Of a stretch of DNA of 64,000 nt, positions 26,960-39,590 are shown piece by piece. Source of the stretch: Lama glama (Eukaryota); NCBI GenBank assembly GCA_028534125.1, contig CM052816.1, positions 91,886,001 through 91,950,000 of the forward strand. The letters run 5' to 3'. The first letter of the stretch is position 1. Every line of letters starts with the position of its first letter. The translations under genes and the position numbers were made by a program. Below the pieces are notes generated by a model. It searched no databases. It saw nothing but the letters and a program-made list of their open reading frames with translations, and had not been told where the DNA came from.

Positions 26960-27190
26960 TTATTATGTATGTGCTAGGCACTATAACTTTCTCTCTACTA
27001 ACTTAATCCACTCCCTGACAACGTGGAGGGAAGGACGGCTATTGACTCCATTTGCCAGATGCAGAAATTGAGGCACAGTGACATTAAGCAGCTTGCACAA
27101 CATCCCATGACTAGTAACTGGCAGAGCCAGTGTGAAACTTAGGAAGTCTGGCATCCAGGTCTGTGCTCTTAGTCATCACACTCCCTTTGT
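26960..27190 (-). mobile_element. MIR SINE (interrupted at its edge by the Vic-1-like SINE)
   Basis: CAGATGCAGAAATTGAGGCACAG...TTAAGCAGCTTGC...GGCAGAGCCAG core. Confidence 0.7.
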
Positions 27191-27758
27191 ACCTCACAGG
27201 CAACTTTGCACAAGTCTTTTTCAAGTGGTACCTTTTTCCATACCTGAGCTGCTTTTAATCCCCAAAGGAGTGCACTGGACTAAGCCATCTCTAGAGTCTG
27301 ATCCGGCTTTAACACGTGGGGTTCTCTGACATGAGAAAGAGCACATCACATCCCCCTGCAGGGCAGATACCATATCATTAAAGAAACAAAATGATCTCTA
27401 ATTTAAATTATATTTCTCCAGTTCCTTAAAGAAGGATACTGCTTTTCTCTCCATTTACAGAAAAAAAAAAGAAAAGAAAAGAAAAAAAAGCTTATGGGAC
27501 AAAACTGAGGTATTTTTGTTCTTGGTTAAATATCAGACATTTTAAATAAAGCAGATATTACCCTTCAGGAAACCTGATCACTACTTTTGTACCACCCTCT
27601 GTCTAATTCAGCTACGTTTGTCAATCTCTGTCATACTGGACATTGGCAGACAAACTAAATCCTAGCAAATAAACATGCCAGAACCTGACACACAGCATAG
27701 AACTTGATATTATGACTTTTAAAATAGTAACAATAAAGTACATGTATACATTCACACC

Positions 27759-27778
27759 ACACACACACACACACACAC
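27759..27778 (+). repeat. (CA)n microsatellite
   Basis: Direct observation. Confidence 0.9.
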
Positions 27779-30392
27779 GATTTGTGTGTATGAATGGTAT
27801 TTTACATTGAAGTGAGAATTCTTCAAAAGATGGGATTTGCCCCACCAATTTTAGAATCATTAAAAAGTCAGTTACTCTAGGAAATGGCCCAGAAAACTAC
27901 AAATCAGAATGTTACTCCCTATTAATACCAGGTCTGTCTTCAAATCACACAAACACCAGATTTCTCTACTTCAGAGGAAAGTCCAGATTTGCCATTATTT
28001 AAAAAAAAAAAGAAAAAGCTCAACCCTTTTTCCAATCCTTCGTGCAATTAGAACTCAAAAATGGAAACTTGACAAAAATATAAACCACCTTCTAATTTCC
28101 CTCCATCAAGTACAGAGCTAAAGGGATTGTCCAAAAGAGGGATAAACAGAGCAGAACTTAATGCTGCTCGTATGACAACTTCTTCTAGCCATGGACAGGA
28201 ATTTCCTGTTTTAAAAAATGAATTCCAAAAGCAATTTTTTTTTCCAATTTTTGAAGCTCTGGCAGAATTTCCTCAAAGCCAATCCACCAGTTTACTGGGC
28301 CAAATTAGGAGAATTTCGAAATAGTGTGAAATAGCACGTGAGGTAGACACCAACTTAGCTCCCTTAAAAATGAAGTTCTAATGAGGTCACCCATCTTGCA
28401 AGTAGTAGAACCCAGATTCTAACTCAGGCCGTTTGGTTCCAAAGCTGCTTAACCAGTAACCCCCTACTGTATGTATGCTCTCCCGGCTTTCTCGCCAGAC
28501 CCTGGATCCCAGAGGACAAGTGAATGTTTTGTTCACCGCTCTATCTCATGGGCAGGCCAAGCCGGGTGCTGACAGATAGAAGGAGATTAATAAGTATCTG
28601 CTGGCTAAACAGATTAATAAAGGAATTGAACGATTTAGATGAGTCAATGCTCAAATGTCAGTCCTTGAAAATTCTTTCAGATCCTCGGTGGTGATGACAA
28701 AAGGAGAAATGAAAGACCGAGTTAACCGTCCTGGCCTCAAGAACCAACTCAGGGAAACTCAGGTCAATCAGAACATTAAGATCTGTGAGCTAATGTGGCA
28801 CCCAATCACCCAGACCAGAAGACAAAGTCTTTCTAGAATCTTCCATCTCACTCACCCCCTTTGGTCAATCCGTCACCAAGCCCATCCACCTTTTTTCCAT
28901 TGCTACAACCCATACCCACTTCTTCAATCATTACACTCCCGACATAATTCAAGTTTTCACCTGCCCTCCCTTGGCTGCTCTTCCTACTTTTACACATTCA
29001 AGGAATAGCTTCCCTCTGTCCCCATCAGATTCAAAACAGACTGAGGAAATAATAATAGAGTGGTAGACAGAGAGAAAAAGGGCTTCTTTATTTCTGGGAA
29101 CTCTAGTTCAGAACCTGTAGCTTTAGGTCTACAGCCAAGTGGCAAGCATGAGACCAAAGCCGGTCCACTTACGGGCAGAAAGGCTTCCCCAGAGGGCAGC
29201 TCCCTCCCAAGGGAAAAACGGAATGGAGTTCAGATCTCGACGTTATTCCTTCCAAATTTTTTACCAACCAGGCACACACTCCAGGCCAGGAGTTAGATTA
29301 ATGACTCTCCCTTCACAAGGAGTAGAGTGATCCACATGCCTGTCCAGCAGTCTCTCTAAATCTGTCCACAGGTGACTGCCTTTGGTAAAAAGCATTTGCC
29401 ACTGGCATGCCCTCCTGCCATCCACTGGGCTTCACGTCGTTTTCACAGCCATGCGCCCTGCCTCCCTCTCCAGGTGTGAGCATCCTCTCCTTCCCTTGCA
29501 GCTGACCCACTGGTCCCTGCCTCCTTGTCTCACCTTCTCTCATTCCCTCCTGAATAGCCATGCCTGGCAAGCCCTTACTCATTTCTCCAGACCCAGTTCA
29601 AGGCCACCTTGGTTAAGAAGTCCTTGTGAACATCCCTAGCTAAAGTTCACTATCGCTGGTCTGTCTCCCATCACATGCTTCAGTTTTGCCATCTGTGGCT
29701 CTTATAGTACTTTATTCTATTCCATTCACTGGACTGAAGGCCCCTAAATCAAGAATAATTTCTTCTATTTTTAACCTCCCCAATATCTACCTCAGATTCT
29801 GATACACAGATACTACAAAGACTTACTGGATTAGAGAATGCTGGAAGCAAAATACGAAGTAGGACATAAAAATTCCATACCAATAAAATGCCAGTGGATC
29901 AGAGGGAGGAAAGACCAAATTCAGTTGAAAGCACTGGACATACTTCCTCAAAATAAGGGGGGTTAGGCATTATAAACAAAGATATATCTAAAAGAAATCA
30001 AAGAAAATTTTATCTTAAAAAATTAACATTGAATTGGGCCTGAACTGAGCAGGTCTCAATGGGTAATCAATGGAAAAAACAGTACAAGATTTAAAACAAA
30101 CAAAAAACAAACAAACAAAAAAACCAGCATGACAAAAGACACAAATCTAGGAAAATAAAAAATTTACTCGGAGAGCACTGAGGTTCCTAGTTTGGCCAGA
30201 GGCTGGAATACATACAGAAGTGCATCCTGAGAGAATGCCAGAGGGGAAAATCTGTCTAAACAGACATAAAGCCTCGAGCACCAAATAAAATAAATTTCTA
30301 CTTAATTTACAGACAATGGGAGTCAAAGAATATTTTCTAAAAAAGTAGTTGGTGAATTATGCCAAGAAAATTATATAAAAGCTGGATCCTTT

Positions 30393-30494
30393 TAGTAGTG
30401 ATAATAAACTAATAATTTGTTTTTCAATTACTTGCAAATTTGTAGTAGTAGTGATAATAAACTAATAATTTGTTTTTCAATTACTTGCAAATTT
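30393..30494. repeat. perfect 49-bp tandem duplication with a 4-bp GTAG spacer
   Basis: TAGTAGTGATAATAAACTAATAATTTGTTTTTCAATTACTTGCAAATTT at 30393-30441 and 30446-30494. Confidence 0.95.
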
Positions 30495-33400
30495 CTCACG
30501 ATTGTAGTGAATCTGAGCTTATAACCATTTGATAATCTCAATGGAACATTACTTGAGCATAATAAAATGACTAATAAACTAGGATGATCATGAGACTAAA
30601 TATTAATTTGTAGTCATTTTTCATTTTGCTTATGATTTTTTCAACCCACTCCTGCATGTTTCATCTGTCTAATGAATCTGCACTCGGCACTGGTCTATCA
30701 TGTAATAACCCTTGCCAATTTCCCAATTCTCTTAATAGCCGGTAATGCAAAATGCTGATTTCAGGCAATAACAACTAAAAACATCTGTTTCTACTTCCCT
30801 GTTTCTTCTTCACTATTCAACGACCAACTCTGGTGAGCTTCAGAGATCACTCTTCAAAGAATAGTAGACAATCAGCAAAATAGAACCACGTAGAAATTGT
30901 TGAGCTGTCTGACTTCAATGCCAGAGCTGAGCAAACAGGATCAGACAGATAAATGGTCTCTAGACCCATCTGCAGTCAGTTCCGAGTTACAGCAGCGGAA
31001 CAACTCTGAACAAACTCCAATATGGCTCTTCAAAAACAGCACCTGGAATTATAAGCCTGCTTTTGCTCTTTGCCAACTAGCTATGTAGTATCAGTCAAGT
31101 CACTTTTGTGCATGGGGCTTGATTTCCTAATCGATACAATGAAAAGATTAGACTAGGTCCTCAAGCAAAAGACCCATTTAACTGCCAGCTAAAGGCTTCC
31201 TTTTAAGAACAGCCAAGATTCCCAGAAAGAAGATGATTTTCCCAGCAGTGGCATCCTGCCCTTGACCCCTGCCAGAATAGCATCCTAGTCCCACTTCTCT
31301 CTTGGTTCCCCCGTAAACAGTCTCTGATACGATTTGAATTGAAATGCAGGTATCAGAAAGTACCCTCAGGATCACACTAAGAAAAGGTGAAAGAGCAGGC
31401 AGATTGGACAGAGATAGAATTTGGTCTGCGATGCAGTTGCAATAGAGGATGCAGCCAATTCCACGGGGAGCTCTGGACCCAAGGTGGCCCTTCAGAGACG
31501 TCCCCAGTTATACCCCCATCTCAAAAAGTCATCGGATGGGAGCTGCTCCCTTGCCTTGGGTGAGAATCATTTCCAGAGAAGCAATGAGCTGTGAGCCATC
31601 AGCGGCCAAAACCCTGTGCAGCTGGGGGTATGAGAAGGTCAGTCCTGGAGGGCATGACTGGACAGAGAAGGAAAAGTCACTACATTCCTTTCAGATCTTC
31701 TTAAAGTACGGAAGAAACGGGTGTAAAGCATGGTAAGTAAGAAATGGATTAAAAGGAAATGGCTGGACTCTGCATGATCTTTCCCAAATTGTTTCATTTC
31801 TTTGTGCCTCAATCTCTTTCACTGTCAGGTGATCTATGGCCATTTTCACCAGGAAAATAGTCCAGGTTCTATTGTATATTTAATTCTTGGTCAACCCTCA
31901 ATGCCCTTTTGCTACCTACCCCAAAGCTTATGAATACTGCTAAGGAAAAACCCCAGACAGATCAAAAATCTCCAGTAGCATTTGAAATTCATCTTCATGA
32001 ACTGTGACGAGATGATCAGTAGCAGCAAACTCAAATCTATGCACCTCGGTGGACACACAGCAATCGCGAGATTAAATTAGATTTGCAGGCAGCCACTTGG
32101 AGATTTTGACATTAGACCCAATACAATTACTCAGTTAGCTGTGTCTTTATTACCCATGCTTCCCCTTGTGAGGCAATTTTCCTTATTGGAAGTAAAGCAA
32201 CCCCAACCAAAGCATTGAAAAATGATCCCTTTCCTGTTTTTATTAGCCCGTATCAAAGAAATGACTATTTGAAGCACAACCTAGGGGAGGGAATTGGCTT
32301 TTTATTGCTCAGTTCATGTTGTTATGGCTTCAGGAATGGAGAAAGACTCCCCAAGGAAATACTGTCTCTCAAAACAAGCTTGCAGGGATAATCAACAGGA
32401 GAGGTCTTTGGGAGAGATGGAAAAGAGAGAAAATTATTAAAATGTAATTAAATAAGCAAAGTGGATGCAAAATAAAATGTGAAAAGTACGCTGTTCAGGA
32501 CAGAAATGCCATGTCCTGAAATGCAGTTTCATGGCAGTCTGCACAGTACACATTGTCGAAATGGGGCTACATAAATCTTTCCAACCAACAGAGCAGCTGT
32601 TGAGCTACAAAATCAAAAACTAAAAGACGAAAAGGAGTATGTGAATGCTCCCTATGAATCCGAATTTACTCTCTGGCTCCTCAACACAAATGTCAACCAT
32701 GCTCAGTGTCACGCAGCGTAAGATTCCCACCAATGAGATACTACACCCACTCACCTGAGCAGAACACCCATTCAGGTAAACAAATACCTACAGTTACAGG
32801 TGGATATCATGCCACAGAACCATTTCAAGGCCTTTGCTCAGAAAGTGCAGTCACCTCTATCGCAAGTTCCATCTCAGGAAGCTCACATGTGGGACTGTTC
32901 ACTTCTTCTGTAGTTTGATTCTTCAGGTGACCTCTGCCTGACGCTGTGCCTCTAACAGATACCATATTACTAAAGAAACAAATGGCACTTGAATTTTAAT
33001 TGTATTTCTTACATTCCTTATAGGTTACACATTTCTCTCCATTTACAGGGAAAAAATATATGTTCAGAATAATGGATTTTGCTGAATTTATAGAAGAGGG
33101 TTATTTAAATATAGCCTCGTGTCCATGTACACATACACACATACATTACAGCTCAGTGTTTTTCTTCTTTTCTGAAATGGATTATTTCACTTCTGATTAT
33201 AGTAAGAAGGGAAGTCAGAAGCAGAAGACGAACTAGAAACCATTCTAATCATATCAGACACATCTAATAACTTTTATCATTTGTATAATAAAAAGGAGAA
33301 AAATAGAAATGCAAAGCCCCCAGCATAAAGTAGATGAATCTATAAATTTAAAAGCATTCGTAACCCTATAACCCCTTAACCCAGAGATCCCCAAAGGAAT

Positions 33401-35887
33401 GACTGTTTAATTTAAATATCAATTTTTAAAATTTTTTCTAGATTGATTTACTTAAATTGTCATATAAATCCAATTTCCAAATCATTGAATCAAATATTAC
33501 CAAATGTATATTTTCAATAAAAAATAGCCAGAAGCATTCTACTCAATACTTACTGAAAGCAGTTAAGCTGACAATACTGTAAATCAGTGAAGCTGAAAAG
33601 TCTGACGCAATTGTTTTCAGCAATGCTAAAAAATACATATTTCATTTTTCCTTAAATACACAAGCAAAGCTATTTTCATCCACAAGATGTAGACCTACAT
33701 TGTTCAAAACAAAAGCCCAAGTTAGAACATCCTCAGAAGAAAACACATCCAGAGAAATTTTGTTTTAAGAGTAAAACGTTGGCAACTAAGAAAAGTTCAC
33801 TGAAAATATGAGAGGGTTTTCATAGGCTTTTTTGGATCCAATAAAGATCATGGCTACAAAATCATCTTCATGTATTTGTTTAACAAAAATGTATTAAAGA
33901 CCTACTACCTGAGCAGGGTTATACTCATGTCAGGGTGAGAATGTGGTTGGATAAGCAATGAAAAAATACAAAGGAACAAGAAATAGGAAAAAAAAAACAA
34001 AAAAACACCAGACATTAAACCAGAGGATAATGAGTGGAAAGTAAAGCAACTGAGGACTACATGACAGGGTGGATTTCTTTTACATCAGAACCTCAGTGAC
34101 CTCTGATATCAACTCATCCTAAAGGGCGTGTCCAGGACCTAAACACCTCGAAAGACCTGAACAGTGTTGGTTCTTCAACAGCAAAAGATACAAGAAGACA
34201 GACAGGAATCAGGACTCTCGTGGTGCTGAGCGTCCCCGATTTTAGAGTTGATTCTCTGATCTTCCCAGAAGTAAAATAACCTTCCCTAAGCATCCTGAGC
34301 AGACATTTTCAGAGGGAAACATGCTCACAGCCCCGGCTGAGCTTTAGAGCAAGTACATTCTAACGAGTAATGTCATCTTGTCCTGAACATTTATCTAATA
34401 ATTCATGGTGCATTCTCAGTATTGTGATCTTACCACTGCAAGGCTGCTCCCCTGGGCCACCGCACAGCTCCCCGGTCTGAGATGAGCAAGAGGGAGCTGG
34501 CTTCTCTCCTACTAAAGCTGCAAAAGCAATGAAAGGAAGGATGCTTGCAGACCTCACTTTCATCCTTGGGTGCAAGCAACTTAAAATACTGCCAAGGAGG
34601 CCTGGTGATAATACCCTAGCCTGATTCTGTTCTTTTTTCTTCTTGGAGCACTTTAAGGAAAGTGATATTATAACGGAAAGTGTAATAAATTTAGTCAGAA
34701 TGACCGCATCTATTCTCGACTGTAAAATCAAGGCAAGTCATTTGAGCTGCCAGGGCCTCAGTTTCCTCACCTATAAACTGGGGACACCCCTCCCACAGTC
34801 CCTGTGATGATAAGATAAATTTCTGAAAGGCTGTATAGTTCCCAGAGTACTTCATAGACATACTCACGGAGAAGTCTTCCGGGGGGCTGGCAAAGAGAGC
34901 AAATACAAATACATATTGTAATAATTCCCTATATTCGTGGCTGTTTCAAATCTATACTTTTGAAACCAGAGGGAAATATAAGCTACAACTTATAAACTAT
35001 TTCGGGAGGAAGGAACACGTGTGCACCTCTTTCAGTCCTCTGTTAGCTTCCGTTTGTGAGCAGGTGGGCTAGCCCAGGTAAAAGGCTATCCCGGCACCAA
35101 GGAAATTAAAAGTCCATGATGCTCTGGGGCACCTGAAGCAGGGACAGCCCCTCAGCTCTACTTCGTGCTCTAGAGATGCTACAGAATATGCTGATCATTT
35201 CACTCGCTGCGGTTCTTACAGACACTGGTTAGCCTGCCAATTTGTCAGCAGATTGTTGCCTAATGAGCAGTTAATTGGTCCTTGGGAGAGCCAGGTAAAA
35301 TGAGCTGAAAGTTTCCCCCCAAAAGTGTCTTTCATTTGTGCTCACCTAATCCATAACACTGTCACTTTCCTTTTTAACGGCTACTTTGCAATCACTGCGA
35401 TTCTTTGAAATACACAAAGCGATCCAAAGATCGGGAAAGATTTTGGCTGCAACTGAAATGATGAGGCAGGAGGGGTCAGGGGCACAGCAGAGAGGGGCGG
35501 GGACGCCAGCACGGCCACAGGGACTGTGGGCGGGACCAGGCTGCTCACCAGCTGTGTGCCGTAGGCGGCACCAGCCTGCCCCTGAGTCTCTGTGTTGGCA
35601 ACTGTACAGTGGGGTGATGTCTGCCCGCCTCCTGGCTGTCATGAACTGCAGGAATGAGTGTGTGCAACAAGCTCAGAGGGGCAAGTGGCACCTACTAATT
35701 GTTAGTTACTATTACTGAAATGACCGAAAACATAATAAACTTGGCAATAGCCAAGCCTATTCTATTAGTAATTGTTTTTGTCCCATGAGCTAAGAGATTT
35801 GAAAGAGAAGAGAGCTGAGAAGAACACTGACTTGTGCTTACAGCAGAAGGCAATCAGTGCCCTACTCCCATTCTCTCTGAATTTCTC

Positions 35888-35932
35888 GACGCTCCCTGGT
35901 GGTCTAGTGGTTAGGATTCCGTGCTCTCTCTC
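35888..35932 (+). pseudogene. Tailless 5'-half tRNA-Glu(CTC) retropseudogene
   Basis: 35893-35928 TCCCTGGTGGTCTAGTGGTTAGGATTCCGTGCTCTC matches the first 36 nt of vertebrate tRNA-Glu-CTC as I recall it (34/36). It stops at the anticodon, has no poly(A), and is flanked by the perfect direct repeat TCTCTCTGAATTTCTC (35872-35887 and 35933-35948). Confidence 0.88.
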
Positions 35933-38900
35933 TCTCTCTGAATTTCTCCTCTTCTTCCCTGTCCTTGGACTTAACATTTTGGCTGCAACTGAAATGCACC
36001 CACCTCCGCCTCCATTCTCTACCCTGTCTCTTACCTGTCCCTCCTCCTCCTGGGGTCTGAGCCACCTCTGACAGCTAGAAAGTGTAAGACCTGGTCTTGG
36101 ACTTGGACTTGGACTTAACCCAGACGCTCCTACAATCTGACTGGAGTCCTCCGTTGGGTCAAACGTTCAATTGCACATACAAGTAGCCTTTTCCTGACTT
36201 CCCCACCTTGCCAAAAAGTGGGTGACTCGCAGCCAGAAGGTCAATCCACAAGCAGAAGAAGAAAAATTCCTGAAATTTTTCTCTAGAAATTTTGGTTCTC
36301 TTTCCACTGCTACATCTGCTTGGTAAATGCAGCAAAGGAATTTACCATAGAAAGGGTAGCAAACAAAAAAATGTTTTAATAACATTTCTGCACATTGCTC
36401 AAAGCTTCTAAAGTTACAATTATGAATTCGGGCAGTGTTAACAACTGTTTTTCATTTTGTTCCTGGTTTGGAAGTTAAATAGTAATTGAGAATTCTCTCA
36501 CATCGAATGCACAGCCTAATAAAGATTTACGGCTCCAGACACCGTCTACACTTCTTCACCCAGGGACCAGGAAGAATGGTGACCTTGTGTTTATATCTCA
36601 TGACTCAGGGCAATTCACAGAGGGTTAATGATTATTCACGTCAGAAGCTGTAAGTCTTTAGGGTATGAACTAGCACATTTTAAAAGCATCAGCCTGCAGG
36701 GTCTCCTTCATTGCAGGCGTGGGGAGGACCCAGGATGGTCAGGTGCTTCTGCCCCTTCTCTGAAGCATTCCAAGGTCCTCACTCACAGATCCCACAGGAA
36801 TCACTTTCCATGGAATAAACCATGTGAGGAATGAAACATGGAGGTTTTCGGGAACAATTAGGGAGAATCTCTTAACAAAATATTTAGTTTCTCCCAAGAG
36901 TGTAACCCACTCCTCCTTCAGTGTATCTGTTCTGTGGTTATCATTGTTGCTGTTTTAGAAGCCATGTGCATCCTTTAGGTATTTGGGGAATTGCAGATAT
37001 TTTCACGATTTAGAGAGCAGCTCCAGCCTTGTGCCCACGTCCCACTTATCACTTCCGCTCCCATTTAGCACCTTGGAGAATTCGGGTCCCTCGGTGAATC
37101 AGCTTGTTCTGCAATCACTGGCCTCCCTGCCTAGAATCTCAGTTAGACGCTGAACTTCCTTAAAGCAAGTCTCTATCTAAAGATTTAATGCAGTGAGTAG
37201 ATGGGAAAAGAGGTCTAAATTTCTGTAACCAGAACCCCCCAAAATGCTATGTGCTGGCAAAGTTCAGCTGATACGGACTTTTTTCACCACATCATCGAAC
37301 TTCCAGTCTGGCTCATGCACAGCAGATGTGATGCTGAGCAAAAGGTTGTCAGAGCTCCTTGAGAAAGATGCCATCTTTGTGCGGTTCTAGTCAATTTGTC
37401 GCTTTTGACAAGACATCACTAACCAATGATGCCAAGGAAAAGTCTTACAAATAAAGTTAAAGCATTTATTCAAGGCATTCAACACAAGCGCAATTCGGCG
37501 TCTTGCTTCAACTTTAGTAGATCTACATGTTTCAGGGTAACAGTAAAAGTAACTAACACTATAGGTAGAGTCCATAACCATTACTGCACCGAAAATGGGA
37601 CACATCATTTATGAAATCCAACTTTTGGTGCAGGAGGTTATGTCCCACCGAAGGCAGGGAAATAAATAAAATCAGTAGATTTCCCAGTTAATGTCTAAAC
37701 ATATCTACACAGATAAAAGCACATACATGTAACAGAGAATGAGCATTAACATAAAGACAGTGAGGGGGTTACTTTTTAACAATTACAAGGAAATAAATGT
37801 ATTAAGGGGTGGGGAGAAGTAGCAATATGAGTGAACCAAACAATAACCCTTCATCAAACATAATCGCACATGACAGAATGTTTTCTAGGGAACTTCAGGT
37901 AGAGTCCTACAGTAGATCCATCAGTCAATGTAGAAATCTCTAGCACAACATCCTTTACTGTGGTTGCCTTTCCCCTGTGGGAGGACTCACTCTCTCACAA
38001 GGTAGCCTGTCTCAAACGTGGGCAGGTCCTTCCTCAGACTGAGCCAAATCTACCTATTGTCTAGTAACTTACATACATCTGTCTTTGCTCAGCACGCTGA
38101 AATTTAACCTTCATCATGACAGCTCTTCAAATATTATTTTTTAAGATACTAAGTTTCTAAACTTCATTTATGCTGTTTCATTATTCAAAGAATTTATTCA
38201 CTCTAGATTTATTCACTGTCATCTATTTTAATACATTGCTAATGCCATCTTAAGATGCATGCATGATACCTAGAAGTTTCCATCAAAGAGCCAAGCCAAG
38301 GGATGTGAGTAGCTTCCAGAGACACTTGCAGATAAGGGCTAAGGGCAAAAGTAATTAACAACTACTCATAATCAACTCAGAATTCATTCTCCTTCAAAGG
38401 GCAGAGTCAGTTGATTCCCAGGGAGAAAGAAAAGTTGCCTCTCTTTTTTTCTCTTGTTTTAAACAGGCAAAAAGATTCTCCAAATCTTGGACCTGACCTC
38501 ACTGTCAGACCAAAAATGGCATTTAGCTTCACTAACACTTTGATTGGACCCAAACAGTGGAATCAGTATCATTTATCTTTTGATTCTTCATCAGAATGAA
38601 ATTATTTCCTGGAGACAATAAACAAAGACCTACTTCTGTCTAAGAGTTACAGAGACATCTGGGGGGATCTTCAGGCAAATATTCACATGCCCAGTAAGTT
38701 AGGCAACACCTACTGGTTGCAGCTTGAAGAATATGGCCTAGGCTCTCTCTCCCCTCCCTACAAAAGCAGTCACAAAATAGCTCATACAATATAACTGGAT
38801 AAAATATGTTTGCAAAGACTCTAGGCAAAGAATACTGCCAGACTGACCCTTTTCCAGAAGGCTGACGATGTTACACTTGCATAAAATGATGCTGCCTGCC

Positions 38901-39344
38901 CTCCAGCACAAAAAGTATCCACTTTGGCACAAACAGTGGTTGAAAGTAACAGTCAACCTGCTACCTGAATCCTCAGGGGTTAGTCCCTCACTCTCTTTAA
39001 ATCTCAGTCTAAATGCCAACTTTCCAGTAAGGCCCAGAAGATGACTCTTAATTAAAATTGCAACACCCTCCCTCCTCCCAACTCCCATCAGTCTTAATCT
39101 GACAATTTCCTTTAGGCAGAGACCTTAGCCCCTTCAAATACGCCACACCCTCTCCTGAAGCCCTGTGTGAATGCACACGTTAACTGTTCCCCCCTCCCCT
39201 CCCTCCCAACATGCATGCACACACACACACAGATGAAGATATGACTGGCAAGGACAGGACTGATGTATCTCAAGAATCTGGAAGAGTTCCTGGCGCAGAG
39301 TGGGAAGTAAGAGTCAACATGTATCGGTTGAATGAATGAATACA

Positions 39345-39590
39345 TAACTCTGGGCTTAGACAGACTTGGTCCTGAGTTCCAGTTCCAGCTATACCAGCTG
39401 TAAGACTTGGGGGAAATGATCATCCTCTCTGCACCTGGGTTTCCTTATTGGTAAAATGGAGACATAGGAATGCCTGTCCCATCACGGGGCTGTCGTAAGA
39501 ATTACGAGAGTCAGTGTCCATGAAGGGCTTAGGATCCTGCTTAGACAAAGTCAACACTCAATCAATGTTACCTGCCATCGTTATCACTAC
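39345..39590 (+). mobile_element. near full-length MIR SINE
   Basis: GACTCTGG...AGACAGAC...CCAGCT...CTTGGG...CCTCTCTG...GTTTCCT...GTAAAATGG...ACTCAATCAATGTTA pattern. Confidence 0.75.

Noticed and set aside
35893..35928. Functional tRNA-Glu gene or CHR-family SINE
   Set aside because: There is no 3' half, B box or terminator. It is closer to the tRNA itself than to CHR SINE heads as I recall them, and it is bounded by a TSD.
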